Shown: positions 27,228 through 39,186 of the stretch, piece after piece | Layout of the letters: each line of letters opens with the position of its first letter | Position numbering within the stretch: position 1 is the first letter of the stretch | Assembly (NCBI RefSeq): GCF_000150275.1 | Contig: NW_002060943.1 | Location: 9,060,390 to 9,124,389, forward strand | Length of the DNA: 64,000 nucleotides | Source: Trichoplax adhaerens | Lineage: Eukaryota; Animalia; Placozoa | Direction of reading: 5' to 3' | The notes under the pieces: generated by a model | The model's database searches: none | What the model was told of the DNA's origin: nothing | What the model saw: the letters and a program-made list of their open reading frames with translations, nothing else | Program-made: the position numbers and the translations under genes

Positions 27228-27560
27228 AAAAAGTACGATAATCATCTGTTAGCGTTATACTTGTACATTGGTGCGGCATAACATTAGAAGATGAGAATCA
27301 ACGTACAAGACACCAACGATAGTTATATACAGTATAAGAAAGTGTCTTTCTGCCGGTGGTATGATAGTTGTAATAAATGATAAAAGTACGATAATGATAA
27401 TTATATTTATTTAAGAAAGTGTCTTTCTGTCGGTGGTATGGTAGTTGTAATAAATGATAAAAGTACGATAATCATCTGTTAGCGTTGTGCTTGTAAATTG
27501 GTACAGCATAATATTGGGAGATGAGAATCAACGTACAAGACACCAATAACAATTACAGTA
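27228..27560. repeat. Nested direct repeats (~86 bp unit at 27231 and 27461; ~60 bp unit at 27335 and 27412)
   Basis: aagtacgataatcatctgttagcgtt...gatgagaatcaacgtacaagacaccaa occurs twice; taagaaagtgtctttctg.cggtggtatg.tagttgtaataaatgataaaagtacgataat occurs twice. Confidence 0.85.
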
Positions 27561-29532
27561 TATAATCAATCAAGAAAAATGGATATTTTCAAGGAGTGAC
27601 CGATATTCTTAATAATCTTTATTTGGGCCCGTCTATGATATTGCTCACCTTTTATGACTGAATTTAACTATATACGTACGGCACTACTTCAAAATTTAAA
27701 ACAGTTAATGTAATTTTTACTTGACGATCACTGAATTTAGATAGTTGGACATCTTGATGTGCTTTGTACATCGCCTTTAAATCCGTATACCATCGAACAA
27801 GACAGAAAAGAGTTCTAACTTCTAACCTTTGATCTATGATTATACATCGTATATTTACATTGATATTGGTGTACTATACAGTAGTAATATTCCCAGTTCT
27901 ACGAGTATATAGCAAATTGATTACAACTTTGAAGAATAAATCTTTATTGGGCAGTAGCAGTAGTCTGTACTCTATCTCTAAGCTACTCTTAACTGGTACA
28001 ATGTATTCGTATACCAGTATCCGAATACATGATAAGGTACTTCGAAAACGAATTCGCCGAATTTCTTTGGCTAAAGAGCGCATTAAATATAAAATGTGCA
28101 ATACTGCACTGTTATATGTGAAAACTAGATTTTTCAAACTTGGACACCATAAGGATTATGGAAGGAGTCATAAAGGCTTACGGGATATCTGTGTGATAGC
28201 TATTAACTGTCAATGTAGTAAACTGTACTTATTTTATTATACACGATTTTCCTTTGGCAGTAATATTTACATGTGTGATATAGAATATCGAAAGTAAATA
28301 ACCGCAAGGAATCTTTGTTCGCATTACTAGTACTACGAATACTTTAAAGATCTGACCAACTTTGTATCTAATTGCACCGCACATTCTTTTTGTCATTAGT
28401 ATTAAAATGCCTTGTCACTTAAGGATATATAATACATTTAAGCGGACTAGCTCATCTATGGATTACATTGTAAGATCGTCGTTAAATTTTTGACTATATT
28501 TTTTTAATATATCTCCACGAGACAACAGTTACAGGCATATTGAACAGCATTGGGTAAGTGACGCAAGATCTACCTACAGTGTACTTACGTCTCTTATCGT
28601 ATCAATAGTATCAAGCAATGAAAAATTTAGTTGTAGTTATTCTACATTTACATATTAAATCCCGGCTTAAAAATTAAATTAACTGTCTATTATCCTTAAA
28701 GCTAAAAACTGCTCTAATAAACTAATTTTAACAATTATTCAAATATTCTTACGCTCCTACTCGACTAACATACGCACAGTACGTTTGGCAATATATTCTA
28801 TAAGGTTAGAATAAGATTTTAAGTCTCTATTCTTAAATCGTCCGATGATACCATTGTGATTCTTATGCAGACTTACCTTAATAACTGCTTGACTAAGAGA
28901 TTCAAAAATGCAGTGGTTACAGCTAATTCTTTGCACAATACTAATCTTAATAAGGATAATAATTTACTGTGATAATTCTACGATAACAATATGACATATG
29001 TTACTTTCATCATTCTTTATAGTTATTGTAAATGACGAGTCTCTTGCATTTTCTTAGAGCTTGATTTGCAAATCAATGATTCTCGAAATATCACAATCAT
29101 ATCTAGCTAATAGCTTGAATTAAATTAGGTTCTGCGTATGAATAGGATACGTATACTTGATTGCATTTTATGTAATATTATATACTGTATGTGCGCTTTA
29201 ATCAGTAACGTTTAACCATACTGTAACTGATGAAATATCCTGGACACCATCATTATACTGTGCACGGAACTCCGAAAATGCAACGCCTCCTTTAGAGCAT
29301 CATAGCTAGATCGATAGTAATAACGCCAGTTTGACCAATAATGTACGCACTAAATCGGTCTCGTCATAATAATAAATAAAAATCAGAACTTCATAGGATA
29401 TTACATATGATAAACGCGTAAATCAGCTCATTTTTTTTTATCTACCACTGTATTAACGACAGATATTGATATTAATAGTAAACCACTTTCATTTGACAAA
29501 ACAAATACGTATTTACGTAGCCTCCAGGTTAA

Positions 29533-29838
29533 CTTTCGACTTCGATTGCTAGATTCTAGGTATCGCAGTACCATAATAAATATTTGATAAATAAAAACCT
29601 CGACCCAACTCGCAAACTGAGATCAAAATCGGTTAAAAGAAGGATTGCAATTTGAATTTGAAACGAGATCGAACCAGTCTATATATATTAAACATCTATT
29701 ACTACAAAATGAAGTCGAATAAGTCTAAAAACCAACGTAAGCAAATTGCAGTACAATAATTATGTAATTGGCAATAGATATCAGCTATAGGTTCAAAATT
29801 CGATAAATAATAACAATATATAATCCCGTCGTCGAAAG
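29533..29838. mobile_element. Candidate TTAA-specific (piggyBac-type) MITE, 306 bp
   Basis: TTAA|CTTTCGAC at 29529-29540 and GTCGAAAG|TTAA at 29831-29842: 8-bp perfect TIR with partial extension, flanked by TTAA. No coding capacity. Confidence 0.4.
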
Positions 29839-30498
29839 TTAATCAAGCATCGTTAGAGCAAACTTTTGAACATGTGCACTGAACAGAACTATACTGGAAA
29901 TGCTTATTATAATTAGAGATCCTGTATAGTCTTTATATAACATCGCTACTGCACGCTATATTATTATTATCAATATGTACTATACTGTTGCATACAATAA
30001 ATAATAAATACTGTAGAATACACGATTGTTGAATGTGATCAAATCCAAAGTATCATCAGTCTTGCTAGTTTGGATGCAAATATATTGTAAAATTTGCTTG
30101 TCATACACTACTCACAATATTAGCGCCATTTCGGCCATACTTAGGAAAGATAGGCCAAAAAGACGTGCGTAGAGAGATCCAGATGTATTATTTAAAATCT
30201 TTAATTTTACGGTATATACCGTATATACGAATATGTGCATATACATTAGTATATACTCATATATACAAACACAAATACTCTGTTACAGTGCCGACGAGAA
30301 GAGAATATTTAAACCAATTCTAATCAGTGCTCCATTGAGTAGTAGCTTGGAATCGAAATATCCTTGACTTCATTGTAACTTTTAAATTAATTTATCAGTT
30401 GGCTATGTATCCCTAATTTCAATTACAGTTCTCTAATCATACTATATCCTTCAATTATGTAACGATAATCATACTAACGTACCGCGCTGCTTTACGAT

Positions 30499-32124
30499 TT
30501 AGTCATCGATGTTAACGTGAATATCCTTATTGCTAGAATCGAAACAATCAGGTTTGACAGTTTTCAATTTTTCCAATCTTTTTCTGGCTTTCTTACTGTA
30601 GTAGATTGGAATATATCTATAGTATTTTTCAGCTTGACTTATAGTAATTTGGTAAAAATCGGAAGCCTTAACATGATCCATTTCAATATTACCGTAACCA
30701 TGTTGATGAATAATGCCTAAATGATAGCAAACACGTGGTGACTTATACTGCAATTGATCCTCAGCAATAGTTAGAAAATTTTGCAAGTATTCAAGATGTT
30801 TGTCTTTGTCTACTTGCAAGTGCTGATAATGATTCATGTATAATTTACCCAAGCGGTAATTGGCATAACACGATGCTTCTAAATTAGTCGATTGGCATAT
30901 CATGTCATAAAATGGAATAGCGTCTTTTTTCTCCTTTGATTTAATTTTATCTTTCTCTATTAATTTGGCCAAACGAATACAGGCTTCATCATGTTGTAAT
31001 TCTGCGGCAGTTGCTAAGTAATGGCTAGCAGTCGTATAATTTACTTCAACGCCCCAACCTTTTTCATGCATAAATCCTAAACATATACTGGCTGACTTGC
31101 ATCCAATACCACCTACATAATCAGCCGAAACAACAGCTTGCTCAAAATATTCTATCGCTGTCGTATAGTTCTGTGGTGTATTACCCATGCCACACAAATG
31201 AAATAAACCTAGATAGTATAATGTGCTAGAAAATGAATACTTTGACGATTTGAGTAAATAATCATAAGCCTTTTTACATTCTCTTTCTTTGCCTACTTCT
31301 TCATTATAATGATTGTCTATGGCTAGCCGAAATTGCGCTTCATGATGACCAGCGACGGCAGCTTTATATGTGAACTCATAGTCACGAACATGTGGTGTGC
31401 TATTATCGGTGGAGTTATTAATATGGCTGTTATTATTTTGGCGTGCATCATTGTTATTGCTATCGTCGATTAAATTAGCGATATTCCAAAACGCAGCGGC
31501 GTTAGATAGACGACCGGCCATAACAAAACACTGTTCAGCGTCAAGATCGTGATCGACCGGTCCTAACACGTACGTTAAATAACCCAATTGATTATAAAAT
31601 TCACCTAATTCGTCTGCATGACTATAACTTGATTTTTTAACTCGATCAATGGACTGGTGTACAACATATTGTACTCTTTCTTGCCATTTTCTTGTTGTTT
31701 GGTATAATTTCCAGAATTCTTCGGCAGCGTTGCAGTAATTTTTTGATTGTGACGCAGATTTAAGATAATTGTCAACCTGCATTTTTAACAAATCTTTACG
31801 ATTGATATTTTTACTGCTCCTTATAGCTTCATCGGTATGAATATTGCATAATAAATATTGAGCTGCAGGGTGATTTTCCTTGGCTGCAACTTCGTAATAC
31901 TCAAGGGCTTTGTAAAGATCTTTTTTAGTAGTTCCAAAACCATAATGGTTAATTCGTCCTAGTTCAAAATTTGAATGGGGATCATCGTCTTTATTGATAT
32001 TTTTTTGATAGATCTTTTTGGCTTTTTCATACAATAACTGCTGAATTTCAGTTGATATAAATTCATCAAAGTAATTTATAGATTCACTTTTTTGAGAAAC
32101 TTTGCGTGTCAACGGTATTCCCAT
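30499..32124 (-). CDS. Sel1-like repeat (SLR) protein B, single coding exon, paralogue of 18639-20189
   Basis: 541-aa ORF with SLR repeats. Colinear with gene A: FELGRINHYGFGTTKKDLYKA, YFEQAVVSADYVGGIGCKSASICLGFMHEKGWG, YYSKKARKRL. Confidence 0.9.
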   Translation of the reverse strand: MGIPLTRKVSQKSESINYFDEFISTEIQQLLYEKAKKIYQKNINKDDDPHSNFELGRINHYGFGTTKKDLYKALEYYEVAAKENHPAAQYLLCNIHTDEAIRSSKNINRKDLLKMQVDNYLKSASQSKNYCNAAEEFWKLYQTTRKWQERVQYVVHQSIDRVKKSSYSHADELGEFYNQLGYLTYVLGPVDHDLDAEQCFVMAGRLSNAAAFWNIANLIDDSNNNDARQNNNSHINNSTDNSTPHVRDYEFTYKAAVAGHHEAQFRLAIDNHYNEEVGKERECKKAYDYLLKSSKYSFSSTLYYLGLFHLCGMGNTPQNYTTAIEYFEQAVVSADYVGGIGCKSASICLGFMHEKGWGVEVNYTTASHYLATAAELQHDEACIRLAKLIEKDKIKSKEKKDAIPFYDMICQSTNLEASCYANYRLGKLYMNHYQHLQVDKDKHLEYLQNFLTIAEDQLQYKSPRVCYHLGIIHQHGYGNIEMDHVKASDFYQITISQAEKYYRYIPIYYSKKARKRLEKLKTVKPDCFDSSNKDIHVNIDD

Positions 32125-34390
32125 AGTCTAATGTGATTTCTTTTTAGTGTTGTATTTGTTGTTTAATTAGAGAATCTTACTAGCTGCAGGTACTATATTA
32201 GCTGATATTATTTATAGTTGCTTAAATCATATTGTTGCTTGCTATTGAGTCATAATTTTAACACAGAACGACGGTATCGAAGCGGTTGTTACTGTAAAGA
32301 ACGTTACAAATGGATTAAAATGGAAAAAAAAATTGGCGATAGTTGGTATTGGTTTACTGTTGCAATAAAACTAACAGGAATAGAGAGTGAAAAAATAACG
32401 ACTGTATGTATACAATTACTGAACTTTTTATACATAAGTGGGGGTGTAAGATAAAGTTCTCGATTATTTCAAAATGCGAATATACAAAAGATTCCAGGTA
32501 TACTATAGACAATGAAAAAGCAGGATACGATCTCAGACGTCATGGAAACACATATTTACATCATAATAGGCCAGATAATTAAACTCCTGCAGATGGGATT
32601 CATACTATAATACTAGTGGCATAATACCCTACTGCTTATATATGATCAGTAAATCAGTTACTTACGATCATGCTCAATTAGCTTATGTTATCTATTATAC
32701 TGTACATGTTTATGGATACTAAATATATATGTATAGTATAATATAAACATATACGTACGAATGTAAGCATCAACGTCTGTATCCATTGAAAATAGCACAA
32801 TAAAATCATTAAGTGATAGAAAATATTCTTTTTTACTTATTTTCTTAAAAAATCATTTTTTCCATCAGCAGTTGACGATATAATACATAACGGTAGTCTC
32901 TAGTGAAATATACTGTAGAAAATTGATAGTTCATTTTATTATAATTTTGTTTTTCTTTAAAAATGCACTAAAATCCGAGCGTATGAAATGTATCCGCACG
33001 TCTAAGTAGCGATGCTCTATAGCCTATTCTTCTCTTCTTTTCCTTTCAATTATGATAACGAATAGTATTCGCTGCTGTAGTGACGTCTAAATCAATTGTC
33101 AGATAGTTTCAAGATTATTATGGTAAACTGTAAACGATGTAACAATGCCTAATGGGATGGTGAAAGTTACCACGCTACATAAAGCGATTATTATAAGTAT
33201 TTCGAAAGAATCCAATTGACTAACAACGTATTAGCTGTATTATGGGATTCCTACCGATGGTGCGGTAAATGAACAAATAGACAAGACTTGTAGTAATATC
33301 ACTAAGTAAAATAAAAAAATAGATATCGGTAATTATGTGATTTATTAGGAATGGTAGGTGTAAATAGATTATTCTTTAATATTAAAATAGATCGGATCAT
33401 TTTGATAGTATAATTATACGGTAATAACACGATCGAACTCGCTTTGTATACTAGAGTATTGCTTAAAAATACTGGGTATAGTACTTATCATCATTACATT
33501 CGGAAAATGAAGTATCTATGCTCATAAATGTAAATAAAGGTCTTTACGATATATCACAGATCCAAGAAAAATATAACGTTAATAGCAAGGCATACACTCT
33601 ATTGCCTACGACGGGAATGTTTATCCTGTATTTAGTTTGTGTTCGCATATTATTGATCTGATTTTGAAATAGACATTCAATTTAATTAGTGAATTAGGAA
33701 TAGTATGTATATGGTATTAATAAGTAGTCAACGCAGTATAAAATATTACGTGCGGTAACACATTTACAATTGACTATTACTTTCTGTTATTTGGGCAAAG
33801 ACAGCTTTGGCGATGTATTAGCTAATATGCTATCGGTCATTCTAGGCAAAGGTAGAAGAAGACCGGTTCCTATTCGGATTATAAATGTATCAATGTAGTC
33901 AGCCGTGAAGCCTACATTGCAAATACCGCGGTAAAATATAATTTTTTTATACACGTTCATATAGTGAATTATTATCGTTTATTGAATCATCTAATAGAGA
34001 ATTAAAATAATTCTCAAAATCGATGCATACAATTATTTCTATCTTATATTTGCTGCTTCTCGCAACGTTTTTCAGATATTTCGTAAAATATGATACACGG
34101 TAGTAAAATGTAAATCCGAGATAGGAAATAAATTACGTCAAAAGTAACGCTAAAAAGAATTTATTACAATAGTCCGCATAATCGCCTTAATAACTGCACA
34201 TAAAGAATTTCTCCTGATAAGAACATGCCTTTGCTTTCAGCTGCCATCATTTCTATTCCCCTATACCTATCATCCGCTAATTTTTTAGTCAATTAACACA
34301 ATCGATTCTTATCCTTAAAAACAAATTATACAGTATCAAGACTATAGCATAAATATCGTTAGAAATTTTGAGAAATTCAAACAGAGTCAG

Positions 34391-37300
34391 CTAGGTGCAA
34401 TAATTGCACCGATGTTACTATCAATCTTAGCAGACAATATTGTGCCAAATCTTCTGTCCTATAAAATTTAAGAATTTGACGCAATGGTTACACACGCCAT
34501 ATTACTCGAGATTTAAGTTTTAAATAAAAAAATGTATTGAAAGTTTTATGCGTTCTTTAATAATCCAATATACAAACGCAATGTATGCTTCTGTTTCGCC
34601 TTAAATAGTTAATTAATAAAAGTGACCTTAATACCTGCGATGTTACCAAAGACTTTTTTGTAAAAATTAATTGATCGCTTGAAACTTGGAAACCTATAAT
34701 CGCAAAATGTCAAGAATGTAAACTGACGTTAAGCAATGCAGAAATTCTTTAAAATATAAAGCACTTATGTGATGATTTGACCGCAGTCCTTTTACAGTAA
34801 TGTCAAATATTACAGGACAACATTAGTTAACATCTACAGTATGTAATAATTTTATAATATTAAAATAAGGAAATCGCAATATTACTTACCGTGAACCGTA
34901 GAAAACTCTTCAGCTAACGAATAGTCCTTGAATTGTAGTATTTGTGTTAATTTTCTTAAAGTAGATAGATCACGTTATCATCTTGATTGAATTTTTTAGA
35001 GTAAATGTTTAATAATATACTACAGTAACGAAAATTTTATAGTTTAAGTTTAACTAACTTGATCGGAAATTTGCTTTTGTGACTACTGTAGGCGATACTC
35101 ATTGTTTGCATAGCATTCCTATTATTAATTGCAATATAAGAATGGTGAAATTTTAGAAGCTTAAAGTACTGATAATTAACTTAAAGCATTACATGAAACG
35201 ATAGAGTTATAGAGGTTACTAATTTAAGATTCGACCTTCGTATTTGATAGATGTGCCTTGATACAGCGCATTGGCAAAGGTATGTGGATTTGCTAACCAT
35301 TCTAAAAAACCTAACATAATTTTTGAGCCATGCTGCTTTACAAATGAGTAATGAATGTTGAAAGATTGGTGATTCACTGTAATAAATATAAATAATAAAA
35401 CTAGTAAGATTTAATGATGTCGTAATTAGGATTATTCCTGTAAAATCCAATTATAATACAGTACATTGGCGAAAACAATATAGTTACAGTGACCTGAATT
35501 GCATGGCTTTTAATGTTATTTCCATCTTAATATGCTCTACACCTACATTGTAATTACAGTAATATTAGTAACAGAATATACGTGTTTATTATAAAAATTT
35601 CTCTGCTGTATAAATCTGCATACACTTATATACGCATGACATATCTCACCCAGATTATATAATATATAGTATGATTCGAACTCCGCACGATTACTACAGT
35701 CTGTCGCTTCTCTGGCATAAAGTTCAAATAATTTGTACATTGTATCAACTAGCTGATCCCTATTCAGCACTGGATCGAACTCTTCTGTGGAAGTATCTGC
35801 CATACTTAATAAATATTTATGAATTGAAATTACTTTCTTGTATGTATTATAATAATATCAAACTTCAAGCGAGATCACTAACCGTGATTCTGAGTATAAA
35901 TAGAATCTGGCAGCCAACTCGAGCACGCGAACTGCTTTATTGCATTTGCACCTCTAATTGGTAAAAGATGTAACTTAACGTAAGCTTTATTATTAGACAT
36001 CTTGTAACCAAAGGATCAGGCACTATCCACTTTTACATGTTGCCTTTAAAGTGCAACATGTAGACAACAAAATTTTAATACCTGAATTGTAAGGTCTTGC
36101 TTTATAGCTCTAATTCTATTGCTCACGAAAGAATAGATTGCTGACCAAGACTTGTCATGCCTACATGCTACACTTATATTGGTATGTCATAAGATAGTAT
36201 AGTTACAATATAATTTGGTTATGGTATAGAGAGATAGCTGTACAGATCTGCTACGTAATGCAAATATACCAGGCCTAAATTTTATCGCGGGAGTATTTCT
36301 ATAATAATATGACTAAGGTTTAGGTCTCATGATGGGCATACAAAAGTATATAGTACCTGTCCGGAAGTCGCATGAAGAATTAAATATTGCTTGATAATAA
36401 TTAATAATTTGAATTAATTGCGAGTTACAAGACCTATACTTCATTGTCTAAATTCGGCGTAGTGAAAGCTGATCTGTAGATGTATACAACAACACGGCTA
36501 TAATGTAAGATATAGTAAATTTTTTAAGGAATAAAATTATACATTAACTGATTCACTGTGGCAGCTAGTGTTGTGACTAATTTTGTTCTGGACACAGGAA
36601 TTACATTAACGTACGACTACGTATTTACGGAATACACTTAGGCGAACAGTCTAATATAAGCTCTTCATTATTCGTTAACAGGTTGCTAAGTTGCTAGTAT
36701 TGATTTCAATAGGAGGGTAAATACTTTTAAACTTTTGGAATGGTATTGTATTCGTAGCTTACTAAAAAAATTTAGTGATTTAGGCACTAAAGCTACCGAG
36801 TTCCAAAGGGTGATCTCAGAAAATGATTCGCTTAATGTCATCTGAAATTGACGGCTACCTTGTATGTCAAATTGAATGAATTCCATACAATTGGGGCGAA
36901 GTTAGCACATTACAATGATCTTTGTTAACTTTTTGTACCACTTTTGAACCAATCCTACTCGATTTAGCTATTTTCAACTATTATGAATTCAATTTTTACA
37001 GGAATGATATACTGTATACTCGCGTTGAATACAATTCTAAATGATTGCGATGTTTTAATTGTATTACATCTACATATGATACTAATATAGAGTCTATAAA
37101 ATAAAGCATCAATCCGCTATACCTGTTAATTAAATATTCGATGGTTTTTAGTAAAACCTCAACAGGACGAATTAATTCTAGGTCAATTTCTTTACCAGCA
37201 GCTGGACGAGAGTATTCTTTAACTGCCTTATTTTCATCTACACGCGGCCTAGGTAAGGAAATATATAAACACGCAATTGATTTAAAGTTACGTGTTATTT

Positions 37301-38482
37301 TAAATTATTGCTTTACAATATAACGTTTAATTACTGTGGATATATAGCGTTTAAATATTTAGGGCACTAAGACATACGCGTCCATAAAGAAGTGACATTT
37401 TAATAAGACAGTTTGTGTACAGTAGCAAGTTATACGAATTGTAATCCTATGCGTATGGTACATGATCTTATGAATTCGGATGCCAACATAAAGAATGCAC
37501 AAATTTTGCTTTTTAGACAATTCTACGTATGCTAAAAGTGTAGTACACATTAATTAATTAAAGTGCATAAATCTGGTAACAGGATATGTAATACGCCGTA
37601 TTAACGAGAATATTACGCGTATATGAGAACAAATGACAAATCGCGTTACAACGTCACAACTGTGCTACCTTGTATTAACATTTTTACTGTATTTCGTTGC
37701 AAATTTTTAATGATGGAGTTTATGATTATAATGTATGAATGAAATACAAGTTTGTTAAATCCTAACAATGCATTGCACTCTATACAGTACAGTAAAAATA
37801 TCATGTATACTGCCAATTTTTTATAGTGCAGGTCATATCGTTAATGCTTTTATCATGCATAACATATATACTGTCAATGTTTGGATTTACGCTTCTGTTC
37901 GATTACGTTGTCCAACCTAGACGATCCCCTTGTGGTGATAGGTAAAATTTCAAAAACGCTCAACCGATTCTGTTCCTGTCTCCTAAATTAATGACAATGT
38001 ATCAATAGCAACATGAGATTTTTAAAGAGAAATTTTAACATTTGGCAACTCGTAGATTTGGGTATAAGATTATGATTGGGTGAATATGTATAAGGACTTA
38101 ATAATAAAGTCATAATATGTTTTATAAATCATGATATCACTGATATTAGAAATGTATACTGCATTTGCTGTATTGTGTACGGTTACTGGATTGGAATTGA
38201 CTTTACAATCCAATTGCAATTATTCCAGTGATATAGTACAACAAAATATTAAGATACAAACGTGTAGGTGATTAGGTAAAAAAATTGAATTTATTGCAAT
38301 CGACTGCTTGTTACGACTTACCAAGGACTACTAGTAGATTTGCCTTCTAGTAGTCCTTGGATTTGCCTATAGAGGTAATCTTCGATAACTGTAAGCTTAT
38401 TAGGGTTTAGTGTGTACCTTCTCTGCTCCGATAAAGGGCACATCCTAGTGCATTTGCCTTTCAGAATTTCTTCGTCCATCAT
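34391..38482 (-). CDS. SAC3D1: SAC3 domain-containing protein 1 (SAC3/GANP/PCI family), multi-exon
   Basis: Exons give LKGKCTRMCPLSEQRR|, AVKEYSRPAAGK...LIRPVEVLLKTIEYL, YSFVSNRIRAIKQDLTIQ, RAEFESYYILYNLG and NYVRFFR. The short protein lacking GANP extensions fits SAC3D1. Stop TAG 34391-34393. Confidence 0.85.
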
Positions 38483-38684
38483 CAATTTACTGACTGCCAC
38501 AGATCAAGCGCTAATTGGAAACTACAGCAACTTACTGTTGTAATTTATTGTACAGTTTATTATTATTTATTTCCAATTTATTACTGTGCTAAGATGGGAG
38601 TAGAGGCCGTAGAACAATTTTTACTATTGGTAGTAAATTTCTCTCCACTATGTCGATCTCTATGGTACTGAAAGCTGCTGCATT

Positions 38685-38860
38685 GCATTACAGTACAATA
38701 GTACAGTACTATACAGTACTGTACACTACATTGTACAGTATACCACAGTACATCGTACTGTATGGTACAGTACAGTACAATACGGTAATGTTACCCGGTC
38801 TCTTCTCTCTTTGGTAGTCTCTACTATTATCGTAGCCATAGTAGTACAGTACTGCACGTG
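38685..38860. repeat. TACAG/CTGTA island in the divergent SAC3D1 / MTFMT promoter
   Basis: tacagtacaatagtacagtactatacagtactgtacac...ggtacagtacagtacaa...gtacagtactgc. Confidence 0.8.
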
Positions 38861-39186
38861 AATGTCTTTTATGCACATTGCGCACTAGACAGTTCTTGTA
38901 TGGATTTTGCATCACCTGCATGCACCATTGCACCTTGCCATTTTAGCTGACAGTTTTGCCTGGACAGATTAGTACAGCGCAAGCCATTTTGCGATCAAAT
39001 TGGAACTGATGGGAGGGATCCCTCAAATCAAACTGCAATCAAATGAATCATGTTAATCACTACAAGATAACGTTTCACTGTATTCACTTTTTTTTGTACT
39101 ATTAGCTAGTTATAATTATGCTTAAAATAATAATCATAACTAGATAGTTGATTAATTAATGATTAGTCCTGATAAAGAAAGATACA

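Noticed and set aside
27836-28297. ORFs 27836-28297 (+) and 27874-28137 (-) as Helitron Rep/helicase or real proteins
   Set aside because: No HUH or PIF1 helicase motifs, and the composition resembles translated AT-rich non-coding DNA.
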